Origin: Kofleriaceae bacterium
Lineage (GTDB): Bacteria; Myxococcota_A; Polyangia; Haliangiales; Haliangiaceae
DNA length: 37,456 nt
Direction of reading: 5' to 3'
Assembly: GCA_018057605.1 (NCBI GenBank)
Contig: JAGPDK010000001.1
Coordinates: 1 to 37,456 of the forward strand
The position numbers and the translations under genes are program-made. The notes under the pieces are model-generated. The model worked only from the letters and a program-made list of their open reading frames with translations. It ran no database searches and was not told the origin of the DNA. Positions 27,467-37,257 of this stretch are shown one piece after another. Each line of letters begins with the position of its first letter. Within the stretch, counting starts at the first letter, position 1.

Positions 27467-28519
27467 TTGAGTTTTACCCGTGAGGGCCGCGTTGCGGTCG
27501 TAATGGCAGTTGCCGTCGGCGTGGCCGCGATGAACACTGGCAATAATCTTTTGTACCTGTTGTTGGGGTGGGTGCTTTCGTTCATTGTTGCGTCGGGCGT
27601 GTTGTCCGAAATGACATTGCGCGGGCTCGCTGTGACGCGCGTGTTTCCAACGGTGGTGGTGGCTGGCGAGCCATTTTTGCTCGAACTCACCATCACCAAT
27701 CAAAAGCCCAAGCGGGCCTCGTATTCGATTGAAGTCGAGGACCTCGTTGCTGGCGCGCCGGTTGACAAGCGCTGCTATTTTTTGAAAATCCCCGCTGGCA
27801 AAAACCAACGCACGGCGTATCGCCACACCATTGCGCAGCGCGGTTTGTATCGTATCGAAGGCGTCCGCCTGGCGACTAAGTTTCCCTTCGCGTTGTTTCG
27901 CAAATCGCGGGATCTCGAAGCGGTTAGTGAAGTGATGGTGTACCCACCGCGGGTGATGGTGCGCCGGCCTAGCCCCAGTGCGGCGGTGCGTGGCGATGTG
28001 CATAGCAGCAAGTTGGGTCGCAATGGCGAGTTTTTTGGTTTGCGCGAACATCGCATCGGCGACGATCGCCGGGCTGTGCATTGGCGATCGAGCGCCCGCA
28101 GTGGGCGGTTGTTGGTCCGTGAATTTGAAGATGAAACGGCGCGCCGAATTGTCTTGGTGTTAGATAACGGCCTTCCCGAAACCGTGCGATTGGCCGCGGC
28201 CGATCTGGCGTTGACGCCGGCTGAACAAACCCAATGTTTTGCGCTGGAGCGGGCCGTCGCTACCGTGCACAGTTTGGCTGCGAGCTACATTGAGGGCAAT
28301 TGGAGTGTAGAATTGATTGCGCGTGGTTGCCACGTGCCGGCCGGGCAAGGACGCGCGCATGCTGCCAAGCTCGCACGGGCCTTAGCCGTGCTGCCTGCGG
28401 TTGCTCTCGACGCGCCGTTTACCGTCGCAGTGCCGAATCGTAGTGATAGTGTTTTGGTGGTACCGGCCGGCGTGGCAAACTTGCATCGGCCGTTTGCCAG
28501 CACGGTGATCGAGGCGTAA
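27467..28519 (+). CDS. DUF58 domain-containing protein
   Basis: TTG start. N-terminal double TM with NTGNNLLYLLLG. Core FPFALF...VYPP...EFFGLREHRIGDDRRAVHWRSSARSGRLLVREFEDE is typical of DUF58 proteins encoded next to MoxR. Confidence 0.85.
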   Translation: MSFTREGRVAVVMAVAVGVAAMNTGNNLLYLLLGWVLSFIVASGVLSEMTLRGLAVTRVFPTVVVAGEPFLLELTITNQKPKRASYSIEVEDLVAGAPVDKRCYFLKIPAGKNQRTAYRHTIAQRGLYRIEGVRLATKFPFALFRKSRDLEAVSEVMVYPPRVMVRRPSPSAAVRGDVHSSKLGRNGEFFGLREHRIGDDRRAVHWRSSARSGRLLVREFEDETARRIVLVLDNGLPETVRLAAADLALTPAEQTQCFALERAVATVHSLAASYIEGNWSVELIARGCHVPAGQGRAHAAKLARALAVLPAVALDAPFTVAVPNRSDSVLVVPAGVANLHRPFASTVIEA

Positions 28520-30769
28520 ATGCGCTTTGGGTTTGCACATAAATTGGCGACCTACGGCATGGTCGGGTTTGCCTTGCTTGCCATGACAACCGGTGGTGGT
28601 GTGTCGCCGATTTTTGTGGTGTTGGGACTCGGCGGCCTCGCTGCCTCGTGGTTTGTCGAGCCGCGTGGTCCAGCTGGCAAACTGGCGCTGCTGTGGTCAG
28701 TTGCTTCGTTGTTATTTCTGGCGTACTCGGTGGTAACCGCGTTAGCCACTGGCGATTTTCTAGGCGTCGGCGCGGAATTTCTCATTTGGTTGATGGTGGC
28801 CAAAGCGTGCAATCGCCGTGCGCTCGCCGACTGGCAGCAATTGTACTTGCTTGCGTTCTTGATGCTGGTGGCAGGCTCGGTCCTTAACGCCGATATCCTG
28901 TATGGCTTGTGTTTTTTGGGATTTGTTATTTTTTCGACCTGGGCTTTGATCCTGTTTCATTTGCGTCGCGAAATTGAAAGCAACGTGCTGATCAAACATG
29001 CGACGAGCGCCAGCCCCAAGGCAGGCAGCAAGGCCGAGGCGCAACGCGCTGCGGCCGTCGGTCAATCGACGCAAATCGATCGAATTTTGAATTCGCGACG
29101 AATTATTGAGACCCGATTTCTGCTTGGTACGGGTGCGGTTTCACTCACGGTTTTCATCGGTGCCGCAATCGCGTTTTTTGCGATGCCTCGGGTCGGCACT
29201 GGTTTTTTTGGCAAGGGCCAAACCGGCCGTTCGATGGCTGGGTTTTCCGACGGTGTGCAGCTCGGCGGGCATGGAGTCATTAAAGACGACCCAACAGTGG
29301 TTATGCGGGTAGAGCTCGCCGCGCAATATGGCAGCCCTGCTGCGGCGCCGGTGCACTGGCGTGGTGTTGCATTTGATCGCTACAAAAAAGGTGAATGGCG
29401 GCGCACGCCAACCTCGCCGTTGACGAAATCAACCTATGAGAACGACGGCAAGGTGCAGCGTCGCACGATGTTATATGATGGCCCAGCGCTAGATACCGAC
29501 GCCATCGCGGCGCTGCAAGGCAACGCAGTGAAGCAAACGGTGTATTTGGATCCGTTGGATTCGTCGGTGTTGTTTGCCGGTTCGATGCCGCGTGTCATTA
29601 CGTGGCAAGGTGGCTCGCGTCGTTGGGAAAGTTCGCAAGAGCATAATGATGAGATTCGCCTGAATCATGGCTCGACGATTGCGTACACGGTTTGGTCGAC
29701 GCTGGATCCGCCGCCGGCCGAGCAATTGCGCGCGGCCCCGACCGGGCCATTACCGGCGGGTTATGACGTGTATTTACAGTTGCCACCCGAAATTACCGCC
29801 CGGACCCTCGCGCTGGCCCGTGAGATCACTGCAGGTGCTTCAAACAACTACGATAGAGCCCAAGCGATTGTCGACTGGCTCGGCGCGAATACGACGTACA
29901 CGCGCGAGCAGGCCGAACCTGGTCGGCAGGAGGCCGTCGATTTCTTTCTATTCACCCGAAAAAAAGGCCATTGCGAATATTTTGCGACGGCATTTAGCAT
30001 CTTGGCCCGCGCGGCCGGCATTCCGGTGCGCAACGTCAACGGCTTTTTGGGCGGGGAGTGGAACGGCTTTGATAACTATTTGGCCGTGCGCGCTGGTGAT
30101 GCACATTCGTGGGCCGAAGTGTATTTCCCGACGATGGGTTGGGTGACGTTTGACGCTACGCCGGCCGGTGCGGGCGAAGAACTTGGGCGTGGCGGTGGCG
30201 GCCTGCGGGCGCGGCTGCGGCGATTTTTTGATACGTTAAAATTCCAATGGACCAAGTGGGTCATCGACTATGACCTCGGTTCGCAACTAGCGTTGTTCCG
30301 CTCGGTTGGGCGCGGACTCAAGGATGCCGCCGCCAGCGTGTCGCAATTTTTCAAGCGAAGTGTGCGTACCGCCGGGCTACCGTTGTTGGCGGTGGTGATG
30401 CTGGTGGGCGCAGGCGTTGCGGCACGGCGTTGGTGGCGTCAGCGTCCGGGACGCGCGCCGGTACCGGGGCAGCCGCTGCGCCGTGCCCCGACGGCCCAGC
30501 AACATGAAGCCAGCCGGCTGTATGGCGATGTGCTGCGCTTGTTGGCACGCCACAATTTCCATCGGGCACCAGCGCAGACGCCCCGGGAATTTGCCGCGCA
30601 GGTTGCAACCTCAAGTCTGCCCGTCGCACCGGCGATCGTCGTACCGCTGCGTGAGCTTACCGAGTTGTACAACCGCGCGATGTGGAATCCGCGCGCGGCC
30701 GTCGAAGAATTAGCCGCGATGCAGCGCTTGGCTGACCAAATTCAAGTAACGACGCAACTGCCACGGTGA
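28520..30769 (+). CDS. transglutaminase-domain membrane protein (TgpA-like)
   Basis: The ATG directly abuts the DUF58 stop (TAAATG). A multi-TM N-terminus is followed by a transglutaminase core with Cys (KKGHCEYFA, Cys codon 29972-29974), His (GDAHSWAEVY) and Asp (WVTFDATP). A C-terminal TM and tail follow. Confidence 0.85.
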   Translation: MRFGFAHKLATYGMVGFALLAMTTGGGVSPIFVVLGLGGLAASWFVEPRGPAGKLALLWSVASLLFLAYSVVTALATGDFLGVGAEFLIWLMVAKACNRRALADWQQLYLLAFLMLVAGSVLNADILYGLCFLGFVIFSTWALILFHLRREIESNVLIKHATSASPKAGSKAEAQRAAAVGQSTQIDRILNSRRIIETRFLLGTGAVSLTVFIGAAIAFFAMPRVGTGFFGKGQTGRSMAGFSDGVQLGGHGVIKDDPTVVMRVELAAQYGSPAAAPVHWRGVAFDRYKKGEWRRTPTSPLTKSTYENDGKVQRRTMLYDGPALDTDAIAALQGNAVKQTVYLDPLDSSVLFAGSMPRVITWQGGSRRWESSQEHNDEIRLNHGSTIAYTVWSTLDPPPAEQLRAAPTGPLPAGYDVYLQLPPEITARTLALAREITAGASNNYDRAQAIVDWLGANTTYTREQAEPGRQEAVDFFLFTRKKGHCEYFATAFSILARAAGIPVRNVNGFLGGEWNGFDNYLAVRAGDAHSWAEVYFPTMGWVTFDATPAGAGEELGRGGGGLRARLRRFFDTLKFQWTKWVIDYDLGSQLALFRSVGRGLKDAAASVSQFFKRSVRTAGLPLLAVVMLVGAGVAARRWWRQRPGRAPVPGQPLRRAPTAQQHEASRLYGDVLRLLARHNFHRAPAQTPREFAAQVATSSLPVAPAIVVPLRELTELYNRAMWNPRAAVEELAAMQRLADQIQVTTQLPR

Positions 30770-30814
30770 GCCTTGTGGCTGGTGTCGCGAATCCGCACGC
30801 CCGACTAATTTGAG

Positions 30815-31513
30815 CTAATCGTTTTTGTTGGATTCATTATCCGCTTCGCTGCGAGCCGGCGGCAAGGCGCGCGGCGGCAGCAGCTCGGGCTCGGTCTCAA
30901 CGCTGCACGCCATGAAGATGGCCGCATCGAGTTTTTTGAAATCACGTTTCTTATACCAACTCAACGCGCGTTCGTTGTTCTCGGCGACTTCAAGCACCAA
31001 GTGGTTGAGGCCGTTTACGCGGGCCAGATGGTGTAATTGTTCGAGGACAAACGACCCCACGCCGCGGCCATTGTAGTTGGGATGCACCGCAAGTTCGTCG
31101 ACAAATAGCGGTCGCATGTCGCGCTTTTCAAAGTAGCGAGGATTGATCCAATTGTCAGAGCCGGTGACTTCATACGAACACTCAGCGTAGGCCACGATGT
31201 CGCCGTCAACTTCAAAAATTAGTTGCTCGATGCCTTCTTCTTCGTAGATTTCTTCAAAGCGATGCTTCGAGCGCGGCCGCTGATATTCGACGGTTTCTGC
31301 ATTAACGTCGCGAAAGCTGATCTTTAGAAATTCCCAGACCCGGTTGATGTCGCGCCGGTGAATCCGTTTGACTTTGATTTGTGGCGGATCAACCGGGCCA
31401 CTGCCAGTCACAATTTTTTTGGACTTGGCACTGCGTCCGCGCGTGCTGGTGGCCCGCTTGGCCCGCGTGACCGGAGCTGCGGTTTTGCGTTTATTGCGAG
31501 GCGCAGCACCCAT
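30815..31513 (-). CDS. GNAT-family N-acetyltransferase with a highly basic N-terminal extension
   Basis: 232 aa. The acetyl-CoA motif A region is LAVHPNYNGRGVGSFVLEQL. The first ~55 residues are Lys/Arg-rich (PRNKRKTAAPVTRAKRATSTRGRSAKSKK). Confidence 0.8.
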   Translation of the reverse strand: MGAAPRNKRKTAAPVTRAKRATSTRGRSAKSKKIVTGSGPVDPPQIKVKRIHRRDINRVWEFLKISFRDVNAETVEYQRPRSKHRFEEIYEEEGIEQLIFEVDGDIVAYAECSYEVTGSDNWINPRYFEKRDMRPLFVDELAVHPNYNGRGVGSFVLEQLHHLARVNGLNHLVLEVAENNERALSWYKKRDFKKLDAAIFMACSVETEPELLPPRALPPARSEADNESNKND

Positions 31514-31543
31514 GGGCCAACACTATATCTGGTTCGGGGGGCG

Positions 31544-32119
31544 CTATGACCCGACTTGCGCCACCAACTGAGTTATCCGTGCAACAAATGCGGGGCGGTG
31601 GTGCCGATCAAACTCGGTCCAGGTTGCAAAGGTGGTTGGGTCAGTCACGCGATCGACGAAAATTTTTCCGAGTAAATGATCCACTTCGTGCTGGTAGGTC
31701 CCGGCTTTGAGGCCGTGTACTACCTCATCAATGGGCGTGCCATGGCGATCCCACGCTTGGACGCGAACGTGCAGGTGGCGCGACACCATGGCGCGTAAAT
31801 TCGGCACGCTCAAGCAACCTTCGTTGTTGTCGTAGGTTTCGTCGCCGACCGGGGTTAGCACCGGGTTGACCAATACCGTGAGCGGAATCGGTGGCTTGTA
31901 CGGGTAGCGCGGATTATTGCGAACTTCGATCGCGCAGATGGCGATGGGCTGGTAAACCTGAATCGCGGCCAGGCCTGCACCATCGGCGTCGTGCATGGTT
32001 TCAATCAAATCGTCGATAAATTGCTGCATCGCCGGTGCTGCTAATTCTTCGCGGGTAACTTGGCGCGCGACCTGGCGCAGGATGGGGTGCCCAATTTGTG
32101 CAATTTTACGAATCGCCAT
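31544..32119 (-). CDS. def: peptide deformylase
   Basis: The start is taken at the internal ATG (MAIRKIAQIGHPILR). Motifs GAGLAAIQV, EGCLSVP and HEVDHLLG are present. The upstream ORF extension overlaps pyrD and looks non-coding. Confidence 0.9.
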   Translation of the reverse strand: MAIRKIAQIGHPILRQVARQVTREELAAPAMQQFIDDLIETMHDADGAGLAAIQVYQPIAICAIEVRNNPRYPYKPPIPLTVLVNPVLTPVGDETYDNNEGCLSVPNLRAMVSRHLHVRVQAWDRHGTPIDEVVHGLKAGTYQHEVDHLLGKIFVDRVTDPTTFATWTEFDRHHRPAFVARITQLVAQVGS

Positions 32120-32142
32120 ACCGCGACTGTAGCAGGAAAAGG

Positions 32143-33309
32143 TTAGGCCGATCGCGCATCGCCTGACGCCGATACCGCCGCGCTCGGTGCTGCCGCGGCT
32201 ACCATCGCTGCTGTTGGTGCAGCGCTGCCAATCGCTTGTTCGATCGAGGTGAAGCCGGCGGTGCGCAGGCGGCGCACGAGCTGCTGGCTGATACGTTTGG
32301 CCCAGGCCGGACCGCCGTAGATCAAACCGGTATAGCCTTGGACTAAGGTTGCGCCAGCGGTGATGCGGGCCCATGCGTCATCGCCGGTTGCAATGCCACC
32401 GACGGAGATGATGCATAATGCAGTGCCGACGCGCGCGCGAATGCGCTGCAATACCGCCAACGATCGCGCTGCGACCGGGCGTCCTGAAATGCCGCCTGCG
32501 CCCAAGGCGGTGACATACGCTGCCGCCGTGCGTAAACCGTCGCGGCTAATCGTGGTGTTGGTTGCAATGATGCCATCAAGCCCAAGCTCGAGCGCGAGGT
32601 CGGCCACCGCGTCAACATCCGCGTCGTTGAGGTCGGGCGCAATTTTTACCAGCAGGGGCACGCGTCGCATTGGTGAGGCGCGGTCACATGCGTTGCGCAC
32701 TTCGACCAGCAACGGGCGCAATTTATCGATCGCTTGCAGGTTGCGCAGCCCTGGCGTGTTGGGCGAACTAACGTTGACCACCAAGTAGTCTGCGTAGGGT
32801 GCAAGCAACTCGCTGCTGCTGCGATAATCGGCCAGGGCATCAGCTTCTTCGACGCGTTTGGTTTTGCCGATGTTGACGCCGACGACGCCGGGTGGGCGTG
32901 ACACTAAGCGAGCCGCCGCCGCGCGGGCCCCATCGTTGTTGAAGCCCATGCGATTGAGCAAAGCGTGATCTTGGGTTAAGCGAAACAAGCGTGGTTTGGG
33001 GTTGCCGGTTTGGCCTTCGGCGGTAACGGTGCCAATTTCGATAAAACCAAACCCAAGGGTTTGCAGTGCTGCGATGCCTTTGGCGTCTTTGTCGAAACCG
33101 GCAGCCAGGCCAACTGGCGAAGGGAACGTTTGGCCGAGTGCGCGTACGGTGAGTTCCGGCGCGGAAAAGCAAAACAAAGCACGCAAGACACGGCGCATCC
33201 CAGGTGTTGCCGCCGCGGCACGCAGCAGTGCGAAAGAAATCCGATGCGTCGCTTCAGCGGGGACGTGGCGAAGTAACAGCCAATACAAAGCACGGTACAC
33301 AGGGCGCAA
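32143..33309 (-). CDS. pyrD: dihydroorotate dehydrogenase (quinone), class 2
   Basis: 388 aa. N-terminal membrane-association helix region. Segments [26 protein letters not shown] and [16 protein letters not shown]. An Ala-rich C-terminal tail of about 30 aa. Confidence 0.9.
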   Translation of the reverse strand: MRPVYRALYWLLLRHVPAEATHRISFALLRAAAATPGMRRVLRALFCFSAPELTVRALGQTFPSPVGLAAGFDKDAKGIAALQTLGFGFIEIGTVTAEGQTGNPKPRLFRLTQDHALLNRMGFNNDGARAAAARLVSRPPGVVGVNIGKTKRVEEADALADYRSSSELLAPYADYLVVNVSSPNTPGLRNLQAIDKLRPLLVEVRNACDRASPMRRVPLLVKIAPDLNDADVDAVADLALELGLDGIIATNTTISRDGLRTAAAYVTALGAGGISGRPVAARSLAVLQRIRARVGTALCIISVGGIATGDDAWARITAGATLVQGYTGLIYGGPAWAKRISQQLVRRLRTAGFTSIEQAIGSAAPTAAMVAAAAPSAAVSASGDARSA

Positions 33310-33387
33310 TCTACCTCAACTGCAACCGCTCACCCAAAGGTTGGGTCGGTTTTGTCGAATCGGCGGGGTGGTTACGTTACCGGCGCT

Positions 33388-36300
33388 TTACGTTGGTCGC
33401 GCGGTGCGTGGTTCGCGTAGGCGTTCGGCGTACCAATGTTCGAACTGGGTCGGTTCGATCGCCTCGCCGAGTGGCGGCGGCGGATCGATCTGAATGAACG
33501 CATTTTCGCGAATGCGCAACGCCGCGATGCGCGCGAGCGTGACATCAAGCTGTTGGCTGCCTTCACTGCGCGCGAGCGCAAGAATGGCTGCGTCCAATGC
33601 ATGGTTCGCCACCACGTTGCTACCGTTGCTGCCTCGATACTCATGGGCTGCGAGGGCGGCTCGAAAGACTGCGCCGTCAGCACTGCGCAGCTCGTTGGTC
33701 AGCGCATCGAACTCGCTGTGTGCCAGCCGCGTGCGTGCTTGAAGTGCGGCATGGGTTTCAGCGGTGGTGGCTGGCGCCACGCGGGGGCCCAACGTGGTGC
33801 CCGCTGCGATTGCTTCGGAAGTTTCACGTACATCGTTAGCCCATGCACCCGTCAACGCGACACGGTTTGCTTGTTGCAGCAGAGTTGCGGCTTCATCGAA
33901 GCGTCGCTGGCCTGCGAGTGAACGGGCCAGTGCGATCGCTGCGAGTTGTCGCGTTTGATCGGTGGTGGCATGGCTTAGCAGCCGGCGGGCTTCGAGCTCA
34001 CCAGCGGCAAATTCACCACTACGAGCTAGCGCGGTGGCATACACGGTAAGCAAGGTTTGATCGTTGCGCGCGCCGAGCTTGATTGCATGGCGGCTCGCAT
34101 CGGCGGCGATGGTGTTTTGCTCAACCAGCAGCGCAAGTTGCGCGTAATCGATCCACTCAGCCAGCGTGTGAAAGCGGCGCGCAGCGAGCTGCATCACGGC
34201 AAAGCTTTCGACGGTGCGGCCGCAATCGAGCAACATCCGCGCAACCATCGCAGGTGCATCGTGGTGGGCTGGGCCCAACGCACGCAGCGCGTGGCGAGCG
34301 TGGCCGATTTGACAATAGGCCAAAGCCAAGCGTTGGCTGTGCGCGGCGCGCTCGGGCGCTTGCGCGCTGGCCCAACGCAGGGTTGGAATTGCACGTGCAA
34401 GCTCGTGGTTTTTGAGTAACTTGGTGCCCAACAACTCGGCTTGCTGCGCATCAAAAGGAATGTCCAGGTTGGCGGCGTTCCACGACGCTTCGAGGCGGGC
34501 CAGCAACATATTGCGATTGCTTGCGCTCAAGGATAGCGCGGCAACGCCGTGCGCGCATGGTTCGATGGCCTCGGCACCGCGGCCAAGATCTAACAAGCCC
34601 AGTCCTACCGCGAGCCAAGGTTCAGCTACGGCGGTCGGGTTGGCGATGGCAGCTGACCAATGAATATCAAGGTGAGTCGCTGCGGGCGCGGCCGCTAAGG
34701 CGCATTTCGACCACGCGGCGTAGCTACTCCCACCCTCGATGGCACGCGCTGCACGTTCGAATAACGTGGTTGCCGCTGAAAAATTTGACGCGTCGGCGCC
34801 CAGGTCCATGGCCAAGCGCAATTCCCAGCCTGCACGTTCATCACCGCGCAGCATGCGTCGCACCGTCGGCAATCCGATGGTGAGGTGGTCCAAGTAAGCG
34901 CCATGCTCGGCTTCGAGGTCGAGGCTGCGTTCGATGCGCAACAGCCAGGTATCAAAAAGCCATTCGGAGGTAGCGTGCAAACGCTCCATGAGTTGTAACA
35001 ACGCACGAATGCTAAGGGCGTCGAGTTGGTAGCGCGCGCGCCGCACCAGTTGTAGTGCTTCGGTTGCGATATGGCGGTAGGCTCCACTTAGCGGCGTCGC
35101 TGGGCCCATACTCAAGGCCAAATAGTTGGCTATTCCGATGCCAAGACCCGCAAGTGCACCGGCGGCGTGGCCATCGCGATCTTTGACTAGCGGGACAATG
35201 ACGTTCCACCATTCTTGCGCTAGCGCATCGGCAGACTTCAGCGATGCTTCCGCCGGCATGGCCAAGCGTGACAGCAGGGTCTCGGGGTTGGGCAGATGTG
35301 GAATCGCAGCGACAAACTCGGCAATCCAAGCAGGATCTAACTGCAACGGCGTACGTGGCCCGAGCGCTTTATCGACGATGGCAGCGTCGAGCCGTGGCAC
35401 AAAGTCGGCAAGGTCACGCGCTGCTCGGCGCGCTAGATCAAGGGCTCCGGTATCGAGCCGCCGAGTGATTACGCGCTCCCATTCGGTGGCCGATTGACAT
35501 GCGGCTAACCGCAATAATCGATTGATCTCCGCTTCAAATCGGCTGCCGTTGCGGCGCAATTGCACGATGTGCAGTTGTTCCATCGCATCGCTCAAATCAC
35601 CTGCAATGATCATGGCCCGACAAGCGGCAAGGCGAGCGCGGCCATCGCCGAGCATTGCACCGTCGCTGCCGTGAAAATGCTGACTGGCAAGGCCGGCTTG
35701 GTCGTCAAGGCCCAATGTACTTAACGAACCAATCACCAGAGCAGCATCCGCCGCGTCGCCAACGCTCGCACGGAAAATTGCTTGCACTGCCCGGCCTGGG
35801 TCGCCTCGGTAATACGCGTCCCAGGCATAGGCGCGCGCCAATAAACCAGCGTCGGTTTTCCAATGCTCAACCCGCTTGAAAGCCCAGCCAAAGGTTTGTG
35901 CGGTTGCCGGATCTAACGCAATGATGCCCAGCGCTTCGTCGGCAAGTTCGATGGCCTCGACGATTCGGCCAATGTCAAAATAGGTGAAGGCAAGCAGCAG
36001 CGATGCATGGTGCTTGACATCAGCGTCACCTGCACCGTTGTCGCCGCGCTCGATCAATTCGCGGCAGCGAAATAACGCTTCGGCCAACGCTTGGGCTGGT
36101 CGGCCTTGTTGCCGTACCCGACGCACACAATCGAGTTGGGCAACGCCGAATTGCGGCAAGGCTACGGTGGCGCGATCGGCCCAGCGGTAACTTTCTTCGC
36201 GCCGATGCTGGTCGACCAGCACCACCGAATAATTGTGGCACGCATACGGATTTGACGGAGCCAAGCTGGCGGCGACACCTTGATGGAAAACCGCCAGCTT

Positions 36301-37095
36301 TTGCCCGTAACTATCGACGCCAAATTCTTCGCCCCATAACGAAATACGTGGCTTGGCGTACATCGGAGCGTCGGCGATGACGTCGAGGATCGCGCGTCGG
36401 TCGCCGCCGTGGCTGGCTTCCGAAATATAGAGGTTGCGCCGCGCCACTGGATGGTTGGGCACCAGGTGCAAGATCTGGCGGTCAATCGCAACGGCAGCCG
36501 ACGGCATTAACGTGGTCAGCACGCGCAGAAAACCGACTTCGAGCGGGCCGCGCGTCGACAACCAGTCTTTGTGCATCGACGTTGGGTCACTGGCCAGCGC
36601 TTGTTGCACTGCCGTGAGCCGGCGTGCGGTATCGATTAAATCTTCGAGAGAAAAAGCCGTCAAGTCAGGAACCAATGGCAGGCGCGAGGCAGCCAACCAC
36701 TGGTTCAACGTGAGGGTCATTGCCGCGGACAATTCGCTGCTCGGTTGCGACCAGTTTTCGTCACGGCCATCGGGCCAAAGGCAATGCAGGGTCAGCGCTG
36801 CGTCACCCGGCAGGTCTAGTTCAAACCACAGCACGTGATGGCGCCGCGCGATTCGGAAATACCAGTCAACACCGTCGGCCATTTGCGGATGGGTGATGTC
36901 GAGTAAGGCGCCCGTGTCATCGACCAGTTTTTCATCGTCGAAGTCACTGAGTGTCACGATTCGATGGCCAACAAAATGATCAAAAACTACCGCGGCCAAC
37001 AGCCGTGCGGCCATTTCGCGCACCGCACTGTCACCTGCACGCCCGAGCGCACTTGCCAAGAAAACAGCACGGTGAGGGTAGGGCAACGGAGCCAT
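33388..37095 (-). CDS. large helical-repeat (TPR-like) protein of unknown function
   Basis: The 1235-aa ORF is uninterrupted. It is Ala/Leu/Arg-rich and predicted all-alpha over most of its length. A non-repetitive N-terminal ~130 aa runs VFDHFVGHRIVTLSDFDDEKL...WFELDLPGD. No signal peptide, TM segment or catalytic motif recognised. Confidence 0.65.
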   Translation of the reverse strand: MAPLPYPHRAVFLASALGRAGDSAVREMAARLLAAVVFDHFVGHRIVTLSDFDDEKLVDDTGALLDITHPQMADGVDWYFRIARRHHVLWFELDLPGDAALTLHCLWPDGRDENWSQPSSELSAAMTLTLNQWLAASRLPLVPDLTAFSLEDLIDTARRLTAVQQALASDPTSMHKDWLSTRGPLEVGFLRVLTTLMPSAAVAIDRQILHLVPNHPVARRNLYISEASHGGDRRAILDVIADAPMYAKPRISLWGEEFGVDSYGQKLAVFHQGVAASLAPSNPYACHNYSVVLVDQHRREESYRWADRATVALPQFGVAQLDCVRRVRQQGRPAQALAEALFRCRELIERGDNGAGDADVKHHASLLLAFTYFDIGRIVEAIELADEALGIIALDPATAQTFGWAFKRVEHWKTDAGLLARAYAWDAYYRGDPGRAVQAIFRASVGDAADAALVIGSLSTLGLDDQAGLASQHFHGSDGAMLGDGRARLAACRAMIIAGDLSDAMEQLHIVQLRRNGSRFEAEINRLLRLAACQSATEWERVITRRLDTGALDLARRAARDLADFVPRLDAAIVDKALGPRTPLQLDPAWIAEFVAAIPHLPNPETLLSRLAMPAEASLKSADALAQEWWNVIVPLVKDRDGHAAGALAGLGIGIANYLALSMGPATPLSGAYRHIATEALQLVRRARYQLDALSIRALLQLMERLHATSEWLFDTWLLRIERSLDLEAEHGAYLDHLTIGLPTVRRMLRGDERAGWELRLAMDLGADASNFSAATTLFERAARAIEGGSSYAAWSKCALAAAPAATHLDIHWSAAIANPTAVAEPWLAVGLGLLDLGRGAEAIEPCAHGVAALSLSASNRNMLLARLEASWNAANLDIPFDAQQAELLGTKLLKNHELARAIPTLRWASAQAPERAAHSQRLALAYCQIGHARHALRALGPAHHDAPAMVARMLLDCGRTVESFAVMQLAARRFHTLAEWIDYAQLALLVEQNTIAADASRHAIKLGARNDQTLLTVYATALARSGEFAAGELEARRLLSHATTDQTRQLAAIALARSLAGQRRFDEAATLLQQANRVALTGAWANDVRETSEAIAAGTTLGPRVAPATTAETHAALQARTRLAHSEFDALTNELRSADGAVFRAALAAHEYRGSNGSNVVANHALDAAILALARSEGSQQLDVTLARIAALRIRENAFIQIDPPPPLGEAIEPTQFEHWYAERLREPRTARPT

Positions 37096-37257
37096 GCGGT
37101 AGCAGAGTAACGCGGCCGCACTGCATCGTCATGATTGGCTGGGTAATTTGTTGTTAACTCGACGCGTCAGTAGCTGCCATAAGTTGTGAGCAGTCAAGCG
37201 GTGGTGCGGGCGTGGTTTTAGTTGCATTTGTAGGCGCGCTAGCTTTACGTTCGCGCG

